Shown here in pieces: positions 12,660 through 24,394 of a stretch of DNA of 64,000 nt (positions are counted from its first letter, which is position 1; every line of letters begins with the position of its first letter). The notes under the pieces were generated by a model. The model saw only the letters and a list, made by a program, of their open reading frames with translations. It ran no database searches and was not told the DNA's origin. The stretch lies in assembly GCF_018350175.1 (NCBI RefSeq), contig NC_058368.1, positions 156,428,001-156,492,000 on the forward strand, given 5' to 3'. The translations under genes were made by a program, and so were the position numbers. Source of the stretch: Felis catus. Lineage: Eukaryota.

Positions 12660-14611
12660 GAAAAGAGTTTTTTTTTTATTTAATGCAGTGAATGTGTAGT
12701 TAACATTACCATTAAACTTAACATCTGAAAGTTGGTAGAATGAAACAAAAATTGGGCATCTGTTAATGGTTACTATGCACTAGGTACATCTGAAGTTGTA
12801 CTATATCAGGCTTGTAGACATTTGAGTAGACACTGTCAGCACACAACAAATTTCGCATAAGGTATAATCAAAAGGTATTTTGAACAAATTAGCCCATCCA
12901 TAAACTTTCTGTAGTAGCATCAGCTTCATGGAATATTATGTCTAAGTAACAAACAGTGATGGTGTGCAGATATAAGCATGTCATTATAAACATGGTGAGC
13001 TAAATAGAGCATATTGAGGTCAAAGCCTTTCTGTAGAAAGGGAATTTAATTGACATTCTCTTTCAAGCATAGTGTATAAACAGATCAAAATAGTTATATC
13101 ATAAGAAATAGTATTTAACAACATAGCTTTAAAATAAAAATACTTTAAAAATTAGCTTTGATGAGATTAAATTTATTTTTTTAAAGAAAGAATCTTCCTT
13201 TAGAGTGAAATATATATATATTTCTGACTTTTCTACATTTTTCCATCACCCCCACCTTCACCCTATCCCAGTTATTAATAAAGTAGTGCAAAAACATTTT
13301 CTATAGCATTTTCACCCAAACTTAATCCTGTACCCGGTCAGGGAAGTAAAACATTCTCACCAAATTATTTCTCTCTCCAGAGGTATACTCCCTTGATTTA
13401 TCAGGGAGTTAGGTACAAAAACTACCATAAGTCTTCGGAATGCAATTTTTAAGTATAGATTCTATGGTAAGTATTGAAACATTTTTGTAAAGACAAACTC
13501 CCCCCAACCCATAAGCAGTTGTATCTTTTTTTTTTTTTTTTTTACAAAATAGGTTTCATGCATTCATATTATCAAGAATAGTTTTTCTATAAATGAATAT
13601 AATGAAACACTAGCATATCAGCACACTGCATTCTCCTTTACATTAAAATTCACACTAATAACAAAAATTATACTATGCATTAAAGCATTTCAGTAGTTTA
13701 ATGAGAAAGCAGATACTTTGTGAGAACAGTTGAATAGTAAATATTTTTAGATGCACAGAGACACCAAAAGCAATACGGATTTAGTTTGCTAGTATTTGTG
13801 ACAACTGAACTGGGTTGCTAACCCACTAACTTGATGTAAATTAAAGTAGTGATAGTATAAAAATTCAGATAGGCAATCATTTATAAACCTGGCAGTATTT
13901 ACGTGTAGTCCTGTAGAGATTTTAAGGTTTTAGATGGAATGATAGAAGGTTTGGAAGTTTTCTTTGCAGAGTATGCAGGATTATCTTGACAGAGTGACTG
14001 TACCTTCACTCATTAGCTTAAAATGAGCCGAGTCATATCTTTATAATTTGCACAGGAATGACTGTCAGGATCTGAAGTAGAACTACTATGTTAAATTGAA
14101 ATGCATCTGTTCTATTATTCAGATTTTGGGATCTCCCTTCTCTTTTGAAATGTATAAAACATAGAAAACTGTAATGGATTACTTAGCAGATAAAAAATAG
14201 TCACATTAAAAAAAAAACTTTAAAATCAAATTGACATTTACATTTTATGTAGATTTAATAGAGCACAGCTGAGCATTTAATGTGATATTCTAGTTCTTCC
14301 ACTTGTAATTAGAGACGTGTATATCTCCCAGTGTTACCATTCTTATATTTGTTGTTTCAGTGTGTTGTATTATTATCCACAGCCACCAAGGCTTTCACAC
14401 AGCAACAGCTAAACCTTTATCAAATTGAGTCTGTACAATGGAAGTATATTTTCAAAGACATATGCCTTTGTACACTATTTACAAATTCTCTCGATCATGA
14501 TAAAAAGACAAAATAAATAAAAAGCAGGAAGAAAGGAAATGCTGCTGAGGCTGAAGGCTTTTTCTTTTATCTTCCCAAACAGATGCTGGTCTCCTCAGTG
14601 CTGGGAGCTGA
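12660..14611 (-). other. MCTP1: MCTP1 3'UTR with candidate poly(A) signals at 12675-12684
   Basis: Repeat-free AU-rich stretch after the stop. The + strand sequence tttatttaat gives overlapping ATTAAA and AATAAA on the - strand. The true end is uncertain. Confidence 0.55.
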
Positions 14612-14683
14612 CTAGCCAAGATTGTTTTTCTTCCTTTTACATGGGCTATGAGAAGGATCTGGTTTCAGTTCTTGGTATTGCAC
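14612..14683 (-). CDS. MCTP1: MCTP1 terminal coding exon (VQYQELKPDPSHSPCKRKKNNLG*)
   Basis: Manual reverse-complement translation; acceptor tttaaacAG; 72 nt ending in TAG; matches the known MCTP1 C-terminus. Confidence 0.95.
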   Translation of the reverse strand: MQYQELKPDPSHSPCKRKKNNLG

Positions 14684-15661
14684 CTGTTTAAACAGAGTTC
14701 AGAGAAAGACTGGTCAGGTGGTCATTTTCTGGCAAAGGAAGGAAAAGCAAAGGAATGAGAGACTGTGTTTGGAGTCAGGGGTGGGAAGAGTGCTCACCCT
14801 GGAAGCTGTATGAGATCTGCAGCTGGGATGCAGAAAACAATAGAGTGATACAGCAAGAATCAGAAGGGAAATCCTGCCAGAAATTACATGAGAGCCCTGA
14901 TGTGAACTTTGGTTAATAGGCTGGGTCTTCACTGTCCGTAACACAAAGCAAAACCATCTTTATCTGTTTTGAAAGACTGGATAACGGTTCTTTGCAATTT
15001 GTTTGTTTAATACAGGCTTAATCTCCCTCCAGCCCACTCTCCTGTCTGACACCAAATCAAAAACTCAACTGAAACAAAAGAAAAAAGGTATTGCTGCCAG
15101 TAGCTTTAAGATTTCGATTAAAAACATTTTTCATTCATTCTGAAAATAGTTGATGATTAATGGGCATTAGTTAACCTCAAAGAATTTTAAAGGACTGAGA
15201 TGTGCCCCAGTCTTCAAACACCAGTTTTTCTCCCTGGCCCCACCCCCCACTAGTCTCCACGCAGTTTTAAAACTCAATCCCTGCAGATTATGCAAAGAAA
15301 GGTTTTTCACATGTCCTTTGGCACTTCTGCTTTCATCATCTATAGTCCCATTTCCTCCCTTCAGGTAATGGTGACTTCCCTTCACAAACTCCAGCTGAAC
15401 CTTCCTTGGAGGAAAATTGCCCCTAAGAGCCCGGGTAGGTTTTTGATGTAACTCTCTCTCTCCTTTCTCCACTCCCCATTCTTTATAAAATTCTTCTTGG
15501 ACAACACCCCAAGTGGGCTACTTTCCTGAAAGGCAAAATCTGCTACAGGCCTTTTTCACTTTAATTGGTTCTTCTAAAACCTTTGAAATTAAAAGAATTA
15601 AAAGTTAAAACCCAAAGCCATACAACATTAAATAGTAGTAATAGTAGTGAAACCTACATAC

Positions 15662-15759
15662 CACTTGTACATCTGAAGGGACTCTGGAAAGGAAGTCAAG
15701 TAGTTCATTGTTATCGATTGCATATGGACTCCGCAGCTTTTTTGTAAATTTATTGATAC
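15662..15759 (-). CDS. MCTP1: MCTP1 penultimate exon ((G)[32 protein letters not shown])
   Basis: 98 nt; acceptor ctttctcAG, donor GTatgt; phases fit both neighbours; contains the MCTP-family motif [14 protein letters not shown]. Confidence 0.96.
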
Positions 15760-16241
15760 CTGAGAAAGTGATAGATCAAAGATGATTGAAATCTCCAGTT
15801 AGGAATTAATCATGTATATTTTTTATATGTCGCAGTGACTTAAAGATCTGGATTAAGGTGCTCTTCAGTCTTGACTGAATGAAGCAGTAAACCCTTTTTT
15901 CTTCTTCCCTCCCTCTCCTGTTTCTTTCTCTCCTTTCCTTTGTCCACTTCCTCCCTCCATCCCCACTCAGTGGCTGCTCTGGTTTTCTCTTTGTACTTTA
16001 ATGGCTTCTTCCCCCACAGGAAAGACTTTTTATCTGGAAAACAAAAGGCAGTTGGCAGCACCTTGCACTGCTGCATTTTGCTTCACCACTCAGTCTCACG
16101 TGACTAGAAGCCCTGTTTTAGTGTTCCATCTACTATGAAACTTGTCTCCTTACATTGTTTTCAAGGCAAAAAGTCTGATTTACTGGTTTTCCCTTTTTCA
16201 AAAGATAAACCTTACTGGGTTTTGTTTTGTTTTGTTTTGGC

Positions 16242-16272
16242 GGGGGGGGGGGGGGGGGGGGGGGGAGGGGGG
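16242..16272 (+). repeat. Poly-G tract (G24-A-G6)
   Basis: Directly visible. Confidence 0.9.
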
Positions 16273-18444
16273 AGCAGGGAGGGTGTTAATATGCAAACTA
16301 AATGTTTAGAAGATGCTTGTCCTTGTGGGGTTTTTTTTCCCCCTCAAAATGACCTGAAATGAGAGTTTACCACCAGCTTTTTAAAAAAATGAACCTCTTT
16401 TAAAGATGGTGATGCAAGAAGATCCTGAACTCTCCTCCCACACATTAGGTGCTGAGAGAAGGCTTATGTCAACGCAGGTAGGAGAGGCTGGGACACAAAT
16501 CTCGTCATAAACCTTACCTCCAGCATGGCAACCCATAGTCAGGAACGAACTAAAAACCTGTAGCTTCTCCCTGAGGACTGAAAGGTTTGAACCCCACATC
16601 AGACACGCCAGGCTTTTAAGACATGCACCTAAGAGAAGACTCTCCAAAACATCTGGCTTTGAAAAACAATGGGGCTCATGTCAAGGCTACAGTGCTCTGA
16701 GAAATGGCTCTTAAAGGGCTTGAATGCTTGAAGTCACCCCCGCGCCCAATATGGAAGCAGGTAATTGAGGGGTGCCTGGACTTTGTATGGGAGAGGCTCA
16801 TTTGCTGGTCTTGGAGCATCAACTCGAGAGGCAGGCACACATTCAAAGGACAGCTGGAGTGCTCTGAGGGCCAACGACAGGGGGTGCCATCTTTGTACTT
16901 TCCCTCTGCTTTGCTCCAGCTGATGTGTGCCATCTTCATCCTCTCCCTTTGCCACACTCCAGAGTGTCAGTACCTCCCTGAGGGAAGCTTTGACACATGT
17001 ATGGTGCCCCAGTTTTATGTCTGGTTTTACTTCTAGGAGGTGGCTCAATACAGTGACGTAGGATGATCTTGAACTCACCTCCTCCCATGAACACACCAAA
17101 TCTACAGCTACGTATGGAACAGTTCCCTCTGAAAAAGACCTGAAAACTAGATGAGCAACTTCTTCACATCAGGCAACAAGGAAAAGGCCAAAGTGAAGTG
17201 GGTAGCAGAGGCTGAGACACGGTCTCTACCCCAGCAAGGCAACCCACAATCACAACGTAACTCACAAACCCGGAGCGTCTCTCTGAGGACCAGCAGGTGA
17301 TACCTTGTGTCAGGCACCCTAACTTTTAATTCCTGCACCTAACAGATGAGCCCCCAACACATCTGGCTTAGAAAACCATGAGCCCTAAAGAGCTGTGGTG
17401 AAATGAGAAATGGCTCAAAGAGCTAGTGTGCAGACTCTCTTGCCCCAGGGTGCAGCACAGAAGCAGCCATTAGAAATGCACCCAGACTTTAAGAAATGAA
17501 GATCTTTCCTATAATCTTAAAGCTTCAGCTGGAGGGGCAGGGACCTGCTGGGACACTCTTCTGCTTGTGGGTGACATATTTGCACTCTCTGTCTGCCTTG
17601 TAAAGCTGGTGGGTGCCATCTTTACCCTCCAACTGGCAGGCACCATCTTCACACTCTCCCTCTGCCATGCTTCAGAGCACCAGCATTTCCTGGACGGGAG
17701 TTTTTGCACACATCTGGTGCCTTTGCTCTTGTGGCTGCCAGCAAGGGGACACCCCTTGATTGCTGGGCTCAGTAGGCCAGTATTGCTTCCATTCCTGAGT
17801 TGCACGGGACTCTAACAATCAGACCATCCTTGGCAGATGACCATCCCCAGGACACTGTACACATAGCAAAGGGAAAGATCCTCCCAGTTGCTCAGAGAAA
17901 GAAGCCTATTTGCAAGCTTTGGCCTTCTGGGCCACCTTCTGCTCCGGCACACTTAGAATAATGTGTGGGAGAGTTCTCAGGGAACAGAGTCCAGTGGATA
18001 TGGTCTTTGCACTCTCTGCCTCACTAGAGCTCATAAATATCTCCCTAGGAAGGTGCTTATATCCTTGTTTGGCACCCTTGATTTTTTGTAGCTGCTTTTG
18101 GTAGATAAGGTGCTACTTGTGTTTCTGAGTCCCACACATTTCTATAGTCCCAGGCTACAACACACGTAGTCTGTGAAAGAGAACTATTTGTCCTGGAGCT
18201 GCAGGCCTACATGACAAGCTTTAAGTTTGGCATACATCTACAAGCTTAGAGACGTGCTCTGAGGAAGTAAGTGCAGCAGGGTGTCATCTTTGTGCTGTCC
18301 CTCCACCTCACTACAGCTCCCTGGCATCTCCTAGAAAGGAGTTCACACACTTACCTGGAGCCCCAATTTTAGTCAGTCTCCCAGGGGATATTCCCTAGAT
18401 AACCTGGTTCTAGTGGCTAGAGGGGCTTATGTGCAATCCCATAG

Positions 18445-18547
18445 AAATTATAGATATATATTTGCATTCTTTATATATTTATATTTACATAAATTTATAA
18501 ATATACATAAATTTATACGTGTGTGTATGTATATATATATATACACA

Positions 18548-18594
<47 letters not shown>
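18445..18594. repeat. AT-rich / (TA)n microsatellite inside the L1 5' region
   Basis: Directly visible; pure (TA)n at about 18558-18594. Confidence 0.95.
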
Positions 18595-18597
<3 letters not shown>

Positions 18598-19687
18598 AAT
18601 TGCATTCTTTAACAGCTGCTGCCTGAGGGTTTGGTTTCCAACCAGCCTGAATCTAGGTACTAACTGGTCTTGGCACACCATCAACTACAAGGAGCTATTA
18701 AAATAAGCTACTCAGACAATCAAAAAGGTTAGAGAGACAACCAAGAGCTAAGGCAGGGTTGAATAATAAGGTTCACCTCCTAAACAAGGCCAGCCTTTCA
18801 AGAATGGGAGAAGTGTCTTTTCATCTGATGCACAGAAAACAACAGTCAAGGCAAATGAAGAAACAGGAATATGTTCCAGAGGGAAGAAAAAGATAAAAAT
18901 CTCTGGAAAAACCTTAAGGAAGATGGTAGGTAATTTACCTGATAACAGATAAAGAGATGGAAAATATAATGAAGTACCAAATAGAAGTCACAGCTGTAGA
19001 ATCCAGTCACTGAACTGAAAAATACATTAGAAGGGTTCAATAGCAGACTAGATAAAACAGAAGAAAAGAACAGTGAACTCGAATACCTGGCAGTGGAACT
19101 ACCCAGGCAGAGGAGATTAAGGGACGACATGGGGCAAAACCAAGCATACTAACACAATAGGGGTCCCAGAAGGAGGTGAGAAAGACAAGGGGGTTGAAAA
19201 CTTCCCTAAACCTGGGAAGGAAACAGGCATTCCAGATCCAGGAAGGCCAGAGAGTTCCAAATAAGAGGAAGGCAAAAAGACCCACACCAAGGCATAGTTT
19301 AAAAGAGAAAAGGTAAAGATGACCAAAAAGAAAAGTCCTAAAAGCAGCAAGAGAAGAACAACTTGGTAAGTAAAGGGAAGCCCCATAAGCCTATAAGATT
19401 TTTGTCAACAGAAATTTTGCAAGCTGGAAGGGAGTGGCACAGAAGCTGAAGGAGTTCATCACCATGAAACTGGCCTTACAAGAAATGTTAAAGGGACTAC
19501 TTTTAAGCTGAAAAAGGATGCTAATTAGTTAAAAAGAAAATATGAAAGTATAGATCTCACTGGTAATGGGAAATATATAGTAAGGGTAGTAGATTAATCA
19601 CTTACAAAGTTAGCATGAGGGTTAAAAGACATAATAAAACTACAATAATTGGTTAAGGGATATTCAAGATTAAAAGATGTTAAATGT

Positions 19688-19862
19688 GGGACACCTGCGT
19701 GGCTCAGTCAGTTGAGCATCTGACTTCAGCTTACATCGTGATCTCTCAGTTCATGAGTTTGAGCCCCACATCAGGCTCACAAGCTGTCAGCACAGAGCCC
19801 ACTTCGGATCCTCTATACCTCTCTGTCTGCCCCTCCCCTGCTTGTGCTTGCTCAAAAATAAA
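19688..19862 (+). mobile_element. CanSINE nested in the L1
   Basis: gggacacctgcgtggctcagtcagttgagc...ctcaaaaataaa; L1 sequence resumes afterwards. Confidence 0.92.
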
Positions 19863-22800
19863 TGTGTTTAACATCAAAAACATAAAACATGTGGATGGAG
19901 GTTAAAATGTAGAACTTCAAAATACATCCAACCTTACAACGTTACCAATTTAAAATAGACTGTTATAAGTTGTAATATATAAGCTTTATGGTAACCACAA
20001 GGCAGAAGGCTCTACTAGATACACAAAGGATAATAAAGCAACCAAAGCATACCACCAAAGAAAGTTATGAAATCACATAGGAAGAGAGCAAAACCCATCT
20101 ATATATATGCTGCCTAGAAAAGACTCATTTCAGATAGAAGGACACAGAAAGTGAAGGAATGGAAACCAAAAGAAAACTGGGGTAGCTATGCTCACATCAG
20201 ACAAAACATACGTGAAAACAAAAACTGTAACATGAGACTAAAAAGGGCATTATGCAATGATAAAGGGGCCAGTCCAACAAGAGGACAGAGCATTTTAAAG
20301 TAGTTATACAGCCAACATAGAAGCACCTAAACATGTAAAGTCAATATTACCAGACATAAAGGGAGCAATAGCAGTATAATACTAGAGTACTTTAATACCT
20401 CACATCAACACATAGATCATCCAAGCAGAAGATCAATAAGGAAGCAGTCTTAAATGACATGTTAGACCACATGGACCTAACAGACATGTATAGAACATTC
20501 CATCCCAAAGCAGGAGAATATGCACTCCTCTCAAGGGCACATGGAACATAACATTCTCCAGGATAAATATGTTAGGCCACAAAACAGATCTTAATAAAAC
20601 AGATTGAAATCATATACATCTGAAAAAGATGAAAAAACCACAATGGTATTAAACTAGAAATCAGTTATAAGAAGAAAACTAGAAAATTCACTAATATGCG
20701 GAGATTAAATAACATGCTACTGAACCAATTTGTCAATGAAGAAATAATACCTTGAGACAAATGGAAATAAAACATACCAACATGTATAGGGTACAACAAA
20801 AGCAGTTATAAGTGGGAAGTTCATAGCAATAATGCCTACTTCAATTAAAAAAAAAAACTCAAACTAACTTTACACTTCAAGGAACTAGAGAAGAAAACAA
20901 CAGACAAAACCCAAAGTTAGTAGAAGGAAGGAAATAATAAAGTTCAGAGCTGGTTCTTTGAAAAGATCAGTAAGATGGCAAACCTTGAGTTAGACTTACC
21001 AAGAAAAAAAGAAGATTTAAATAAAATCAGAAATGAAAGGATATGTTAAACCAGAAACCACACATGTATAAAGGAGCATAAGAGACTAGTGTGAACAATT
21101 ACACACCGACAAATTGGGAACCTAGAAGAAATGACAAATAAAGGTGGTAATAAGCTCCTTGACATTGGTCTTGACAATGTTTCAGAGTGGACACCAAAAA
21201 GCAAAGACAACAAAAGTAAAAATAAATAAAATAAAAAATAAAGTAAAAAATAAAAAAAGTAAAAACAGGACTACATCATACTAAAAAACTGCACAGCAAA
21301 GGAAACCATCAATAAAATAAAAAAACAACCTACTGAATGGGAGAAAATATTTACAAATCTGATAAGGGGCTAATATCGAAAATATATAAAGAACTAATAC
21401 AACTCAACAGGAAAAACAAAAACACAGTCCAATTAAAAAATGGGCAGAGGATCTTATTTTCCAAACAAGACCTACAGATGGATCACCGGTACACGAAAAG
21501 ATGCTCAACATCACTAATTATCAGGGAAATCAAAACACCTTGAGTTATCACCTCACACCTGTTAGAATGGCCATTCTTGTCAAAAGACAAGGAAGAACAA
21601 GTGCTGGCAAGCTTGTGCAGAAATAGGAACCTCATTCACTGGTGGTGGGAATGTAAACTGGTGCATGTGGAAAACAGTATGGATAATCCTCAAAAAAAAA
21701 AAAAAAAAGAAAAAGAAAAATTGAACCACCCTATGTCCATACAGTTCCACTTCTGGATATTTAGCCAATGAAAACAAAAACACTAACTCAAAAAGATAAA
21801 TACACCCTCCTGGCACATGTTCATCGCAGCACTGTTTATAATAGCCAAGACATGGAAACAACCTAAGTATCCACTGACAGATTAAGGAAATCTTGCCATT
21901 TACAGGAACATAGATGGGCCTTGAGAGCATTATGCTAAGTGAAAAGAGTCTAAGACAAACATCTTACGATTTTACTTATATGTAGAATCTAAAAAAATAA
22001 CAAACCAAGCTCATAGATTCAGATTGGTAGTTATCAGAGGCAGGAGGTGGGAGAATGGATGAAATGAGTTGAAGGGGTACAAATTCATGGGGATGTCATG
22101 TATAGATAGCATGGTGACTCTAGTTAATAATCCTGTACTGCATATCTGAAAGTCACTAAAGAGTAGATCTTAAAAGTTCTCACCATAGGAAAAATGTTTG
22201 CACTTCTCCATCTCTGGCAATGAGATTTTCAGAAAGCAATTTTCCTTTTAAATTACACAAAATTTAAATTTAATGCTTGCAAAAGATGCTGTGATTGACT
22301 TACTTGGATCACTTTTGGACTAGAGCAGCCAAAAACCATGACAGAGGAGCTATATCTACCCATACTAAGTTATTCAACAGTGAATCCTCTGCTCTTACCT
22401 GAAGAGCAAATGTCGTTGGAGGGCAAACGGGAAATTGGAGCTATTACAGAAACAAAAACTGTAATGGGATAGCAATGTCAAAACAATACACAAAACCAGA
22501 AGTATCTATCCCACATATTCTATGATACAAGGTAGAATTTCAGTGAGATAAGTCTACTCTGAAATTTATATTGCTCTTCATAAGTGACCAAGCATATTCA
22601 CATATACAAAATAAATTAACAGCTTTATATGAAATCAACAAACCGAGCTGTAACTTAGAGGATCTTGGCTCTTCTTCAGGAAGTTCAGCAGAATAAACTT
22701 CTTTTGCAGTCTTGAATTTGGTCTGTCTCCCCATGTGAGACCCATGTCTTAAATTTCTGGTTAACATTTCAGCAATCACCTAGCACTAAAGAAATACTGT

Positions 22801-24284
22801 TCTTGTTTTATTTCATTTGATGAAACAAGAGGCCCAAACACATTCTCTTAGAATTACGTTTAAGACAGAGCTAGTGAGGCCACCCCAGGTTACAGAGCCA
22901 GATGTTTGCCATGGGCTCTGCTTTTTGACAACGCTGGGGAAACAGAACCAGAGGTTCACTACCTATCACAGCTGAGATGGCAGTTCTGACCCTAAGTAGG
23001 TTAGAGATAATAAACTGCCACACCTCATGCCCTACCCTAATTCCTTCAATAAAACAGCATCTGTTTTAAATACCAAAGGAAAGAATGAAAGACCTTGAGC
23101 ATACATCAGGGAAGCAAGAAGAGTAGAAATGCTTCCCTCCTTGTGTAGTGAAGGTATATCTTATTTGAAACTGTTTAAATTATAACAAGAGAAAAAAGCA
23201 ATCATTCCCCCCACTACTTACTCAAGATGTAAAGTAAGGAGAGTGATGATAAAGGGTAAGAGGGCTGATTCAGGATATGACAAGATAGGCCAAAAAGAAT
23301 AGGGAGACAGGAATCTGAAAACTGGAGGGTTTGGAGACCTCTGATCCCTTTTGTCACTTTTTCCAGCATTTCTTTAAAAATCTCAGAAAATAACAAAACA
23401 TTCCTTTTCAAGTGTAAACGTGTGTTTTCTGGACTTAATACCCAATTTGGTTCTTTGCATTTTATATGTTTAGCAATCTTAGGTGTATGCAGGCTGAGGG
23501 GGAAGTAGAGAGTCATACTTCTACTGAGTCATGTTTATGTATATCATTAACGTAGTTTTATAGGTTAGTACATCTTAGAGAAGGACAATTTTTTTCAAAC
23601 CAAGAATTTTCTCAGATAAGGAACAGAAGCCCTAAAATAATGAAGGATGCCGAAACTACCACCTAAGTGGAGTGTAGGTCCACAGGAACTGTTGGCCTGC
23701 AGCATAACTGCGTTAAAAATTAGGACCAGAAAATACCACCTTTAAAGTGAACTTGCACAGAAGCAATTTTGTTTAGTATACATAAAGCAGGTTTCTTATT
23801 CCTAAGCAGCCTGTCAGTGCCAAGGACCCTTTTTCTGCCTCCTAAAGGTGACCTCTTAAATAGGCGGCCATATATAGAACTGTTTACGGACACTTCCACA
23901 AGATAAAGCACCACAGCACAAAAGCATATTGTCCTAAATGCACCATATGGATCGAAATGCCTCTGTTTACGTATAAGTGGTGAAAATAAATCAGAATGGT
24001 ATCTAGACAAAGCTACACTTTGATATATGAAGAATCTGCACAACTACATGTTTACAGTATGATGGAGCCTATGGTGCCAGATAAGAAAAATGCATTTTGT
24101 AGGTAGACCTAAATCTTTATACTGTTGTGATTTTTAACTGACCTGTCTCTTTTCATCATGGAGTAGCTTCATGATAATAAATACAGGGAACTACTGACAG
24201 TATAACTCATTCCTTAAAAATAGTTTGTTCCTAGTATCTAAGGCAGTTTACAAAAAAAAAAAAAAAAAAAAAGGCTTTACTTAC

Positions 24285-24394
24285 CCCAGACAAGGACAAT
24301 GTATCTCAGTGGAATGAAGTACAGGATGACTGTGAACACACAGAGGGCTACAATGGCCAGCCAGCTTAAGAATGGGACAGTCCAGTTGAAAGTA
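24285..24394 (-). CDS. MCTP1: MCTP1 exon encoding a transmembrane segment ((N)[36 protein letters not shown](G))
   Basis: 110 nt; acceptor ttattcAG, donor GTaagt; hydrophobic stretch; in frame with flanking exons. Confidence 0.96.

Larger units (their letters stand above)
16400..22195 (+). mobile_element. Decayed near-full-length LINE-1 (L1MA9/L1_Carn-like), antisense in an MCTP1 intron
   Basis: GC-richer repetitive 5'UTR at 16.4-18.8 kb; ORF1 relic at about 18.85-19.5 kb; A-rich ORF2 relic (peptides SDKGLISKIYKELIQLN and KRCSTSLIIRE); 3'UTR gagtagatcttaaaagttctcacca. Many stops and deletions; no poly(A) tail or TSD found. Confidence 0.93.

Noticed and set aside
2834..12696. Identical 15-mer aatgcagtgaatgtg near the poly(A) signals of both genes (2834 and 12682)
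   Set aside because: A few exact 15-mer matches are expected by chance in 64 kb, and the copies have opposite sense relative to the two mRNAs.
16676..17815. Mutually similar ORFs suggesting a small gene family or an L1 ORF0
   Set aside because: The similarity follows from the duplicated L1 5'UTR; starts and stops are not shared between copies.
21337..21930. ORFs in the L1 3' region
   Set aside because: Frameshifted ORF2 remnants or antisense frames; the element is inactive.
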